Source of the DNA: Tubulanus polymorphus | Taxonomy: Eukaryota > Animalia > Nemertea | DNA length: 64,000 nucleotides | Assembly (NCBI RefSeq): GCF_964204645.1 | Contig: NC_134034.1 | Coordinates: 2,728,072 to 2,792,071 of the forward strand | Reading direction: 5' to 3' | In this document: positions 1 to 26,896 of the stretch, in pieces | Layout of the letters: each line of letters opens with the position of its first letter | Numbering within the stretch: the first letter of the stretch is position 1 | Position numbers and translations under genes: made by a program | The notes under the pieces: model-generated | What the model was told of the DNA's origin: nothing | Databases searched by the model: none | What the model saw: the letters and a program-made list of their open reading frames with translations, nothing else

Positions 1-1267
1 GAGCCCAGAAAGAACTGGAAAGCTTGAAATTTTATTGACGTTCATTATTAGCAAATAATTCTCAATACTGTCATCAGTGAATAACATAATTTCCTACGAC
101 CAATGAAATTGTTTCGAATTTGAATATATCGACAATTGAATTGAATCGACCGGTAACCGGTAACCGGTCGAGCCCAAATATCGATGACGTAGTACACGTT
201 CGCTCAAAAATTCGTTTCCAAAAATGCGTGAAAATCTATTGAATAGAAAATATGAAAACTATTTAATTACGAAATCAAATTTTCACCGCGTTAATCGTTA
301 TTTTGAAACACAAACATTGATGACGTAGTCCACATCGACTCGCAGAAGCCCTTAGAGATATTTTAAAGAAATTATTGAAAAACTTATTGTAACGGGTTTT
401 ACGACCCAAAAAAATAAACAATGTATGTATGAATGTATTTCAAAGCATATTGATTATCATACATTTAACGCGGATATTGATTACAGCACAATCCATTTTT
501 CTCTGATTGGTTAAAACAAATCTCAGTTACTCGGCCCTCTGATTGGTTGCTTACGAAAGTTAGGCAAACTATCAACAATTCAACGGATACTCTCTGATTT
601 CACGCGAAACGAATGTATAACGCCACGCGGCCTTAAATCGGCAGAGACTAAATAAAAACCATCATCATCATCGGCAGGATTTTTATCAAAACAAACAGCA
701 AAATATTGATAGATTTTATGAAATAGATAGAATAAAAGTCGTCACTCGCCGCCGAAACGTCGCATCGCGCAAACGGCTTTTGTGTGCTTAACGCTAAAAC
801 GCGGTAAATCTAATGATGCCGGATGGATTCGGTTTTGACGTTAATACCACTGCGGACACCGCCGCCTGCTTTCGTGCGGGTAATAACCGTCATAAAAATC
901 TGCCAGCAACAGATTTGTCATCATCGGTGTCGCCGTAAACCGATTTGAAATTGATGACTTCTGACGCCTGTAGTGTGGCGACTAAATCACATTCGCCATC
1001 GTCACATATCCGCCCCGTCTGCGACTAGCGCGCGTGTCATGTGATATCGATTTATGATGTTTTTTTTTTCGGTTTCGAAAATGATTTTTAATGGCGATAA
1101 AACAAAAATGAAATAGAAATGCTTTTAAGGCAGGAAACTATTGGAAAATAGGTCTATGATTTAAAAAACATTAAACTATTAGAGCCAGGGTAGGTGTGGT
1201 GGGGGTGGGCGGGAGTTGGTAGATTCAATGTGTTTCGATTTAAGGTGACAGTGAAATAACGCACACT

Positions 1268-1332
1268 TACCAGGGTTCGAACCCGGGTCGCGTGCATAGA
1301 AAGCTAGCACGCTTACCAGTATGGGCCAAAAG
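1268..1332 (-). mobile_element. tRNA-derived SINE head; a similar element lies at about 24845-24912 (+)
   Basis: A-box-like TGGCCCATACTGG and B-box GGTTCGAACCC at tRNA spacing, without a full cloverleaf. Confidence 0.5.
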
Positions 1333-2033
1333 AATTACTCTACTATTGACCAGTAATCAATAAAAAAGCTTATCCTTTATTACGTAACGCGTGCGTTTTA
1401 TCATTCAGTTTCTTAACTGGAATTTTCCAGTTTGTGTGTAAACTTTCGAAGTCCCGGTCTTCAATTTCTGAGACTTGAATGCTACTATGCAATTAAAGAT
1501 GCCTCCTTTGGGAAGTGAGGATCCACCAGGTTCGCTAGTAGTTAGACCATTTTCGGCGCTTCAGTTACTACTGTGGCAAGCGAGGATTCGTATCGCGCTC
1601 AAACGCTTTTTGGTGCCTCGATCCATTTCAAATTTTTCAATGAACCAAGAATTTAGACAGGTTCGAAATTAACGGAGGCAGAAGTGAAGCAAAACATTTG
1701 GCCCGAAGCCAACTAAGGGTTTTCGTTTGAAGTTCGAATGTTATACTTTCGATCGGAAATATTGGATTGACAAAAAAATGAAATCATGATTCATTTCCTT
1801 CACGTAACAGAGAACAAAATTAACGATTTTGTTTCTCTGCGATGATGCGAACTGCGACAAATACAACTCAGATTTTTAAAAAGACTAATTGTGACTCAGG
1901 GCACACAGGAAGACACACCCTAAATTATTTCCGGTGTTTATTGCCCATTATCCAATTGCGTCATACAAAATCATGCACAAAACATTCTCAAATTCTTATC
2001 GACCTGTTTTGTTTTTCAGATTGTTGTCTAAAA

Positions 2034-3109
2034 ATGAGGAGCCCTATTCGCTGTAGAGCGCTTTGTCTTTTATTACTGACCTTATATGCAACTACATTTG
2101 TTACGTGCGCGAGACACTATTTACGGGTAAGTTAGTTTGATGGGTTCGAATCCCGGAATCATCTTTTTTTATCTAACAAACACTGCAATATTGTTTTCCC
2201 CTATCGTTGCAGAATTTGAAACGATTCGATTCAGCCGAAGACTGGACCCGGGATAAACTGGCTAGATGGGCGAAACGGGCCTCGTACATTGACGATAAGA
2301 GGTCGAGATGGGCATCGAAAAGAGCATCTTTAATTGACGATAAAAGGGCCTCATTGATAGATGATAAAAGGGCTTCGTTGATAGATGATAAGAGGGCTTC
2401 GTTGATAGATGATAAGAGGGCCTCATTGATAGATGATAAGAGGGCTTCTTTGATAGATGATAAGCGGGCCTCATTGATAGACGATAAAAGGGCCTCGTTG
2501 ATAGATGACAAGCGGGCCTCATTGATAGATGATAAGAGGACTCCATTGAGAGATGATAAGCGTGCATCATTTATTGATGATAAGCGGGCATCGCTTATAG
2601 ATGATAAGAGAGCCTCGCTAATAGATGATAAGAGGGCATCATTCATTGATGATAAACGATCGCGATGGCCAGCTAAAAAGGCTTCATTTATAGATGATAA
2701 AAGGGCTTCGTTCATTGATGATAAGAGGTCCGATTGGTCTGATAAGAGGGCCTCGCTGATAGACGACAAGCGATGGTTTCCTGGTAAGAGAGCGTCATTC
2801 ATTGACGATAAGAGGGCCTCATTCATCGATGATAAAAGGGCACAACCAACTGATAATAAGAGGGCCTCGTTTATCGATGATAAAAGGGCCTCGCTGATAG
2901 ATGATAAGAGGGCTTCGTTCATTGATGATAAGAGGGCCTCGTTTATTGATGATAAGAGGGCTTCGCCGAGTCAGGATAAAAGGGCCTCGTTTATCGATGA
3001 TAAGAGGGCGTCGTTTATAGATGACAAGAGGGCCTCTCGACGGGAAAAGTTAGCTGACGCGATGGTGATGCACGAATTGAAAAGGGTAAGACACAAGTGT
3101 GGCGTTTGA
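2034..3109 (+). CDS. Secreted repetitive pro-peptide (neuropeptide-precursor-like), 329 aa; coding exons 2034-2126 and 2213-3109
   Basis: Exon 1 encodes a signal peptide (MRSPIRCRALCLLLLTLYATTFVTCA-RHYLR) and ends at a GTAAGT donor. An 86-nt phase-0 intron with a CTAAC branch point and TTGCAG acceptor joins it to ORF 2207-3109. The product has 13x ASLIDD, 11x ASFIDD and 1x ASYIDD, each flanked by KR/KK. An acceptor at 2019 implies an upstream non-coding exon. Confidence 0.88.
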
Positions 3110-4159
3110 CGAGCTGTCAAACGCTAATGATAATTCGTCGTTTCATATCGAACTCTTTTTTGAAATCTACATTTTTTATCCGGTCCTCACTTTGCCCTCG
3201 CAAACTATCTCAGCACACGCACTGTCTTTGATTCGGCGTCCTAGGTTGCTCGAGGTGGTTATAGTTAACCATCCGATGAATCGATAGTAAAGAAACGACG
3301 CCGCTTTTATTGGCACTAATTGTTAAGTTATTCAATGGTTAACTTTTACCAGTTTTTATTGTCACTGTCAGTTATCCGATGGCTAACTTTAACCAGTTCT
3401 AACTGTCCGCTGGTTAACTTTATCCACCTGTTGAGCTGCTCGAACCTACATTGCAATCTATCCCTCACATACGTAGGAATTGAAATGCAGATAATTGTTT
3501 ATTCGACTAGATAACACCCCCCCCCCCATCACCCTTCCTCTTACCATAGAAGTATGGACTAGATTATGCGTCCATGCCCTTTTTCTTTAGCTCTCCGATC
3601 CAAACTCTAGTATCGCTGTCAAGCTCACAGTTGCTGACCGCTCGTTGGCTAATTATCAAACATCCTCGCACTTTCGCTATGCTACATAGTCGCTGATTGG
3701 TTGGTTCATTGCTTCGCAATCGTCAATTGCTCGAATCTCGAAAAGCGAATTGAACGCCACCTAGCGGTCAGCAATTGTTAAACGATCGTGTATAACGCCA
3801 ACAGAGGGCGTTAAAGGGTGATTGGTTGTTGTACGAAACGAATTATTATACAATTTCTAGATGATGTTAAACCGTGGCGCACAGTCCAATGATGAAGACA
3901 AAGGGCCCGTGGTTCGTCGCTATTACCAATATTGATACTATCATTAGATACATGCATGGTATGTTGTCACCTACGTATGTGTATAAACGTACTCTACATG
4001 TTGTTAAGAACTACTCAACCCCCCCCCCCCCCAAGTGTTATAGATGTATTCTGAAACCACGGACCGATTCACCCAATGCCATTCCTTTACCGATGGCAGA
4101 TCACCATCTGTCGACGTTTAAAAGTGAAAGAGTGAATCTCACGATGCTAGGGTTCAAAG

Positions 4160-4881
4160 TCTCATGATGGTGTCATCGGGTTTAGATCTCTGCTGAGGGA
4201 GGATGTGTCTACTAGGGCAGGAGTTTGTACTGTGACTGTCTCATGATGTCATCAGGTTCAAATCCCTGCTGAGGGAGGATGTGTCTATTAGGGCAGGGGT
4301 TTGTACTGTGACAGAGTCTCATGATGTCATCAGGTTCAAATCCCTGCTGAGGGAGGATGTGTCTATTAGGGCAGGGGTTTGTACTGTGACAGAGTCTCGT
4401 GATGTCATCAGACTCAAATCCCTGCTGAGGGAGGATGCGTCTACTAGGGCAGGAGTTTGTACTTTGACTGTCTCATGATGTCATCAGGTTCAAATCCCTG
4501 CTGAGGGAGGATGTGTCTATTAGGGCAGGGGTTTGTACTGTGACAGTCTCATGATGTCATCAGGTTCAAATCCCTGCTGAGGGAGGATGTGTCTACTAGG
4601 GCAGGGGTTTGTACTGTGACAGAGTCTCGTGATGTCATCAGGTTCAAATCCCTGCTGAGGGAGGATGTGTCTATTAGGGCAGGGGTTTGTACTGTGACAG
4701 AGTCTCATGATGTCATCAGGTTCAAATCCCTGCTGAGGGAGGATGTGTCTATTAGGGCAAGGGTTTGTACTGAGGCAGAGTCTCGTGATGTCATCAGGTG
4801 CAAAAAAATCCCTACTAAGAGAGGATGTGTCTAGGGCAAGGGTTTATACTGAGGCTGGCTTTCTTGATCTCATCAGGTTCA
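4160..4881. repeat. Minisatellite, 76-78-bp unit, about 9 copies
   Basis: Unit TCATGATGTCATCAGGTTCAAATCCCTGCTGAGGGAGGATGTGTCTATTAGGGCAGGGGTTTGTACTGTGACAGAGTC. Confidence 0.95.
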
Positions 4882-6094
4882 CACACAATATTACTAAACA
4901 ACTACGTATGCATACCTAAAATATCCCCTAGATGATTGGGTTTGAGGCCTACGCAACCAAAAAGCTACAACATTGAGATTTCATATCTTATATACCTCTA
5001 TTCCGCTCAAATGGTCTTCAGTATTTTGCTTTTTTACGCATCATCAAAGACAAACTTATAACTCGAAGTCAATATATCGCTTAAATCTTTCTCCGGCACA
5101 CTTTTCAATTTTGATGCCATCTTTGTTCTTAGCTTGGCCCGTTGCATTCTTAAATGATTTACCTCTTTGCCTTTTTGATTCGTTTCGATAATCGATTTGA
5201 TCTTCTGCCGCGACGTCATCATCGATGACGTCATTAATCAACATCCAAATCGACAAACAGAACGCGTTGACACGGAGGCGTTTTATAGGTGATCGCGATC
5301 AGACATCGAGGGGAACGCCCAGCTCGCCGATTCGACTTGGGGAGGCTTTAAAGCACCTTTCCATTCATTCGGAACCCCATCTCCAACTCAATTTTTCTAA
5401 ACCAACCCTGATCGATTCGGCTATGCCTGGGCAAAAGTTCTATTTACGGAGTTTAAGCTCAGCTTAGATTAATCAATAAAAAACGATGCCTAGTCGAAGC
5501 TGATCTTTCGAAGCGGACGTAATGCTTTTTCGTTGCCCACAGAAAAACGAAAATGTCGGTGCACATAAAAAAATGCCTCGGAGTGACGCAAGATATCCGC
5601 CAGTAACCTATTCTTTATATCAACAAGGCAAAGTTTCTTTTCGGTAAAAAAGAACGAGATGATTAAATCTGGCGAGATCGATAAAGACGTCTTTGTTCGC
5701 ACACAGAAACTAAAGTAAATAGATTTAAATGGGAAAACAAACATTGATTCATCGAGCGGAGATCATTTTCAACACAAAATTTCGATAGTCGATATTAAAA
5801 ATCTATCAAAAAGGCGTTTCAAGCATTTGACCCGTGATTTTTAGCGCGATGCTGAATGTCGAAATAATATAACCTTCACAATCGGTAATTCATAATCGAA
5901 AAAAATGAGTATAAATTGTTGATTTATTTTTTTGTACTCCTGTACGCCACCGCCCGACTCGCCCAGTATCTGTAATTCGCAACTACAATACGCAATATAC
6001 CTCTCAGATACATAGACAGAAATGTGATCAAAGCGAGATTGCGCGCAGAAGCCTGCGAATACTATTGCAAACCTTATAATAAGGGATTTTGAAA

Positions 6095-6760
6095 ATTGTG
6101 GCAAGTAAGGATCCGCCGGGTGTTATCAATGGGCGGTCGGATACTCTTGCGATGGGGATTCCACTTGTGGCAAATTAGGATCCACCAGGGGTCGCTGTTG
6201 TACACTATTGGGAAAGTGAATGCAATAGCTCGCCGGTAAAGTTTGTCTATGAACATAGGCTTTACTGTGTAGCCATGGACATTCTACTTGTGGCAAGCGA
6301 CGGTCCAAAAGGTGTCGCCAGTGTGCAGTTGGACATACGCTATACAGCGGCAATAGGGATTCCCCTTGTGGCAAGTGAAGATCCACCAGGTGTCGCTAGT
6401 TTGCAGTAGGACATCAACTACTGAGGCAATAGGGGTTTCCCCTTGTGGCAAGTGAAGATCCACCAGATGTCGCTAGTGTGCACTAGGACATCAACTACTG
6501 AGGCAATAAAGGATTCCCCTTGTGGCAAGTGAAGATCCACCAGGTGTCGCTAGTGTGCACTAGGACATCAACTACTGAGGCAATAAAGGATTCCCCTTGT
6601 GGCAAGTGAAGATCCACCAGGTATCGCTAGTTGGCAGTAGGACATCAACTACTGAGGCAATAGGGGATTCCCCTTGTGGCAAGTGAAGATCCACCAGGTG
6701 TGCGATTAGACATCTGTTCAATCCACTAGTGCCAAACGATAATCCACCAGGTGGTGCCTG
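6095..6760. repeat. Minisatellite, 77-bp unit; monomers also dispersed at about 1500, 17915, 19095, 49735 and 52005 (reverse)
   Basis: CTTGTGGCAAGTGAAGATCCACCAG(G/A)TGTCGCTAGT at 6365, 6442, 6519, 6596 and 6673. Confidence 0.92.
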
Positions 6761-9700
6761 CAGTGTGTTATCAAATCTCTTTTTGAGACTTTGAATTAGA
6801 CATTCTATATCTATGATTAGTCTAGCTCCATGTGGTGGAATAAGCCGACATCTAGCTCCCCCTATTGGCTGGAAATATTACTAAAATCGAGCTTTTATCT
6901 TTCGTTTAAAGGAAAACACGGAATCGGCGCGAGAATGAAGCCGCGGATACCCGGATGAGAAAACAGCAACAATAACCACCCGCGCGGACGATGAACGCGC
7001 ACGCCCAATGAGAACATTGGATTCCACCGATAACACGTGATTCTGTCGTTTAAGGCGAAAATGTATCGTTAAAGTTTAAATGCAAATAAGTCACTAATGA
7101 AAATAATTCTGATAAAAAATTAATAAGATTACTAGTCACTAATGTTAATATCCGTATTTTCACTGTGTATGATATAACTATTGATATTTCACTATTGATT
7201 ACTATTGATTAATTGATTAATGTAAAAATCGATAACTATCATTGATTTTAATATCGAAAAGTCAGGACACCTGTCTTTGGTGATCTTTTTTTCCGGTGAT
7301 GTTTTGACATCGCACTTTTTATACTTAGCGCCCCTCCTCCCACAGAGCCGAGTCCGTTCAACTACGCGAGCTATTAACATATAATAGCTGCCCATCAAGA
7401 GTTGGATCCAGTTCCGTAGTTGCGTGGGTTTAATTCGATTCTGATCCAGTTTCGTAGCTGTGCGGGTTTAATTTGACTCAAATCCAGTTCCACAGTTGTA
7501 AAGGTTTAATTCGACTCTGAAACCAGTTTCCACAGTTGTGAAGGTTTAATTCGACTCTGGATCTTATAGTTCTACAGTTGCGCCTGCATCGATAAAACCT
7601 TTTTTCGTGTCCCTCGCGACCTTCCAGCTAGTCCTCATTCTGCCCTCCTTGCATCTTCTAAGATGGACAATTTTTGAAATCCCGTTACGCGCGTCAGGCA
7701 TTTTCTAGTTCTAGGCATTCGTTCGCTAATCGATGGGGAGCGGCAAAAAGAAGAACCATATTGCAATCACCTGAAAATTCTGCCGTCACCAGGATTCGAA
7801 CCCATACGATTCCTCTGATGTTGACAAACTCGAAAATCTGTAACACGACCTTGAACTTCATGTATTGTGTATAATGTGACGATTGTAAATTACATTATTA
7901 AACGTATTATATACCGTTTAGAAGTCGGAACTTTATCTGAAAATAAATATTCAAATGCCGTATGTTTCACAGCATAAACGAGTAGACGAAATTTTGTTTT
8001 TTTTTTCTTTAGATGTAAATCTCCCATCAGCCGATTGGGCAGGCGTGTAGCCAGGAATTTCTGTCGGGGGTTCGTCTTCGAGAAAGCGGAACTATCTTCT
8101 TTATGGAAACACAACGTGGCGTGTACCACGCCGAAGCGATGCTGGCTTAATGGGCGGCTATAGTTTCAATATGATTTGCAGAAAATCTACTAGACATTAA
8201 GGAAATTAGTTTTCAACACGGATAAGTGCCGCCCTACACTTGCCTCCTACTCGTTGTGAGCTATTAGATAGTCAGTCTTTGCTTTACCACCGAGAATGAA
8301 GCTTTCTCGATATGAGCCAACCATTCCAGGGCGGATTTAAGGGATGGACTCGGACCCCTGCTTTTTCATTAAGGTTGGCCTTTTCGTAACGACAGTAAAC
8401 AGCGTTAAAACCTACACACTTCACGCTCATTTTTTCGGAATTTACATCTTTTTGGTAATTTTTCTTCAAGAAAATATCCAACGTCGAGGGTGGAACTCAG
8501 CTAAAGCGACTATCCCATGACGCCCTGTTTTATCATGAAGGTATAGGCAGGTATAGGAGCCACAAGTTTGAGCAGCCACAAGCGACAACTATATGCGCAA
8601 TCATTAGAAATCGATGTGTTGTTATTGCACCGCGAGATGAATTACTAATTTTCTTCTATTTTGAATTTACGACCGCCCGAAAGAGAACAAAAAAAAACGC
8701 ACAAAAACATTAAATAATAGATGAAGAGACAAAACCCGCCGGGACTGGCGATTATGTAGAGGTCCACGCAGTATCGATATGATTGGATTCGAACTTTCGA
8801 TGTTAAGTAATTTGTGTATTCAATCGAAACCGACTTTTCATTAAACTCCGTCTCGAAGGACTCGACATATTTCCGCATTAACGTAGCTTAGACCTCAACT
8901 TCATGTACATATCAGTAATATATGTTTGTCGTGGCGAATCTAATTTTACAGTTGAAGTGTATAATACCCCCCCCCCCCCCCCGAAGTCACCCGTTCACGC
9001 AGTACTTTATGCATGGCCCATAATTTCACAAGTTCATTTACCATTTCATTTTTTTCCTTTCGTTTTTTCTTCTCGGTGCTTGCGACAGCGGCCTTAAGGC
9101 TTTGCTTGGCCCGCGCAGAAAACTACTGGTCTCTCTTTTTACAATTGTGATTGTTTAAAAATTGTAAATCTTATTGTTTGTTTCTCTCAAACTCTGTAAA
9201 TAGCCAGTCATGTTTTCCTCGAAATAAATTTGAACTTGAAAAAGTGATTTGTATCGTTAACAAAAACCAAGCTGGCTGCCACGCGACATCTCTAAATGCA
9301 CGATCGATTCGAGAATAGCGTTACAAAGAATGGTATCCGTCGACTTGGATTCGCGTCAGAAAAAAATGTCAACTTTCCAGGACTCGAACCCAAACAGAAG
9401 CGAGTCAAAATGACCTAAGCGGCTGTTACGTCACCATCATCAATATCATGGACGCCATTTTCACCGTAGACCACGAGTTCCGTCCAACCATGGAATCGAA
9501 TAAAACGAACCGTCTCAGGGTCCGAGGCCCAAATAACCACAGGCTAATGAATAACTAGTAAAAAATTCGTTACAAAATACCATATTTTATTGTCATAAAA
9601 CACAATAACTGACGTAAGCGCGTCAAAATTCCCAAGTATTTCATAGGCGATTTTTCAATTTTCCCAAATGGAAATGAACACATATCGTCATTCAACAGTC

Positions 9701-10287
9701 AATATTTTAGCGGTGACTGGTTGATAAAAGTGATTTTCAAGGAAATATGTGAAATGTAATGAATTTCCCAAGTATTTCCCTGATTTGAGGAAAATTTTTC
9801 AAATTCCCAAATATTTCCAAACCGGGAATTATTATTTCAAAAATTCCCAAGTTTTTTTCCCAATTTCCCTGTTCTGCGGGAACCATGGAAACTTGAAAGT
9901 GGAACGACTTTTAAGTGATGTAATGACTTAAACGGACTCTTTAGACTGTAGACATGGTTTCCTAGATGAACAAGACAAAATGTGGAAATAAAAATATTCT
10001 TTTTCATACATGATATTTTCTTTATCTCAACTTAACTCAGTTTTACAGAAGGGTTTTAACTTGAACCCCGCGAACCCAATACGAACCGCAGCCCGATTCT
10101 CCACAACTTCGTTATTACAAAGTACACGTATACACGTAATTTACATATAATTACGCATAAATTTAAATATGCAAATATTAAAATGTACAAAATCGTTTTT
10201 ATTTTTTTCCGAAAATGCTTCAACTGATATGGGCACGTTTATTCTTACGAAACATTCTCCCCGCCATCCGTCACTCTTCAAACTGTC

Positions 10288-24564
<14,277 letters not shown>

Positions 24565-25060
24565 CTGAAAATGAAACGAATCACTCAAATTAAGGACTGT
24601 CGTTAAGTCAGAATATCATCAGTAATTCAGTGCCGTGGTTTATTTTAGAAAGTGGTTATTTAGCCAGATGCGGTTACCGACTTATAAAAGATATTTTGCC
24701 GCATCCATATATTATGTAGCCTAACAATATAATCATTTTATTAGGGTTAGGGAGGGTGAGAAGGTTCCGTTTCACAACTAGGGATAGGATTAGGTTAAGG
24801 AGAGGTACTATATCTAGTTAAAACATTCGGTTGGTTTTCAGCGAGCTCAGCAGTGGTCTAGTGGGAAGACACTGCGCTAGTAATTTACCGGCCCGGGTTC
24901 GAGTCTCGCTCTATCTGCTCTATTTTCTCAAACTTTGTTCCCCACACTTCCTTTGAAGTCGCGCACCTCTCTGCATATGCAATCGTGAAACTAAACCACA
25001 GACAGACAGGTTACTGACTAGTCCGCAGTCGAAACGGTCCTCTCGTCATTTTATTTTCAA

Positions 25061-25204
25061 CACAGGGGCTTGTCAAAATTTGATTGAGGATGGATGATAC
25101 CGTACCAGAATTCCTTCTTTTTTATACAGAGGCCTGAGAGGGATACCGGTACTGGTATCATCCATCCCCTCCGGGGCTCCATCAAATTGTGACAAGCCCC
25201 TGTG
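25061..25204. mobile_element. Fold-back MITE
   Basis: CACAGGGGCTTGTCAAAATTTGAT and ATCAAATTGTGACAAGCCCCTGTG, plus an inner inverted repeat GGATGGATGATACC. Confidence 0.7.
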
Positions 25205-25819
25205 ATTTTCAATTTCGTGGAGGCCTCAAAAACGATCAAAGGAATTTCACATTATTAAAAATAAGAAATAATTCTAATTTACCCCTAAATAACAGCTAGA
25301 ACACAAATTTACAGTTGATTTCTTGTTTTCTTTTCGTGCGCGTCGTAGCCGGGATAATCGACCAGTGCACCATCTAGCGGTCTGTTTAAGCGTAAATACT
25401 CGCTACCCTGTGTATACTTAATTAGAGCACCGGTTAGCCCAATAGTCTGAATACCAGTCGTTGTTACGGGTTCGCTACAACGTCTGATGCCAAACTGACA
25501 TTTTAGAGGTTAACTGTTGTTTACTGCAATGCAACAACTGATTTTAGCGTCAAATCAAACCTTTGTACTCAATAATAATATTTTTGATGATTTAAATCGG
25601 GGGGAACAACGGCTAGGTACTAGACTACGGTTAGCCTTTACTGGGAATTGCATACTGACTTGTAATAGTACCGCTCATGTTTAGCTACTAGTAGGTTATC
25701 ATGATTGTACTTAGTGAAATATACATTTGAACAAATTAATGTGCCAATGACCTTTAGTGGCTTGGCTTTGTAGAGACCAGGTATAGTAGCCAACATTTTT
25801 CTAACGATTGTTTACCGAA

Positions 25820-26103
25820 ATGTCACCCTATGTCTCCATACGTATGTCACTGCCCCTAATGTCGCCCTATGTCACTGTGCCCAGCCCTATGTCACTGCCC
25901 CCAATGTCACTGCCCCCAATGTCACCCTATGTCACTGTCCCCGATGATGTCGTCCTACGTCACTGCCCCAATGTCGCCCTATGCCACTGCCCCCCAATGT
26001 CACCCTATGTCACTGCCCCCAATGTCGTCCTATGTCACTGCCCCCAATGTCGTCCTACGTCACTGCCCCCAATGTCGCCCTATGTCACTGCCCCCAACGT
26101 CAC
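25820..26103. repeat. C-rich minisatellite (ATGTCACTGCCCCCA / ATGTCGCCCT)
   Basis: Direct reading; it abuts the left end of the GPCR array. Confidence 0.9.
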
Positions 26104-26896
26104 CCATTGGTCCAATGAAGTAAATATCCTCATTATTGGTATTGTCAACTAATTTTAGTTTTGTCATCGTTAGCGTTCGAATCTCGCTCCAAAAAGAGTG
26201 CGGTTTTTAGCCCATTTTTGTATTTTGAATTACCCAATTCAATCAAGCTCCCGTCGTGGCAGGATCAGAATCCCTGGTTAAACTAATTCACGGTTGTGAA
26301 CCAGGCGTCGAAAAATAATCTGAAACTTCTAATTCGAATTAGCCAATCAACCCGAATTAGAGGCTTAATCCTCGTACCGGGTCCAGGAGTGCAATTTAGT
26401 CAATGTGCAAGTTGGGGATTGATTTTCAGTTAGGTTAGGAACCACCAGGTGATTGGGCGGGAATGATAATTAGGGTTTAGCTGAATGCTCATAAAACCCT
26501 AGATAACTTGCGAGCTGTTTCGAGATCCGGGCTTCACGCTGGTAATTCGGCAGTTTATGGAGGGCGCTCGAGAATCTGACTCGAGCGAACGGTCGTCGCA
26601 TTTCTCAACGATAGATTTTGTACAGAAATTTTGCTAGCTGAACACAACTTGAAAATGTTGGTTGAACATCTCGCTTTATTACTATATCACCCTCACTATA
26701 CAAATTCTACACTGAAAACATCGATTTCAAAAATTTATCTTTTCAGTGACGTATAGAACTAGAATATATATGAATATTTGATAGCACGAGACATTTTCTA
26801 GCAAGTTTTGTCACAGATATGATTATAGACCCGAGCCGCCAGTGAACAGCCGTCTGACATCAGACTCAGTGACGTCTGCGCTGCGCTGATCATAAC

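Noticed and set aside
2173-2922. 249-aa antisense ORF of LLSSINEA repeats, and ORF 2262-2570
   Set aside because: Shadow frames of the 24-nt coding repeat. Only the + frame has a signal peptide, splice sites and synonymous-only variation.
4241-4320. CUGAUGA on the minus strand of each 78-bp unit as a retrozyme hammerhead
   Set aside because: No GAAA after a stem II (it reads CAAA) and no stem I around a cleavage triplet.
5034-5290. Minus-strand TATAAAA near 5281-5287, a short ORF (MLINDVIDDD...KRQR) and a GTAAAT donor near 5160
   Set aside because: It could be a first exon of a gene extending left, but I found no in-frame downstream exon or recognisable homology.
4160-6760. CRISPR-like look of the 77-78-bp arrays
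   Set aside because: Whole units repeat without unique spacers, there are no cas genes, and the context is eukaryotic.
24845-24912. tRNA gene candidate (also 1268-1332)
   Set aside because: A and B boxes are present but the acceptor and anticodon stems do not pair; treated as SINE heads.
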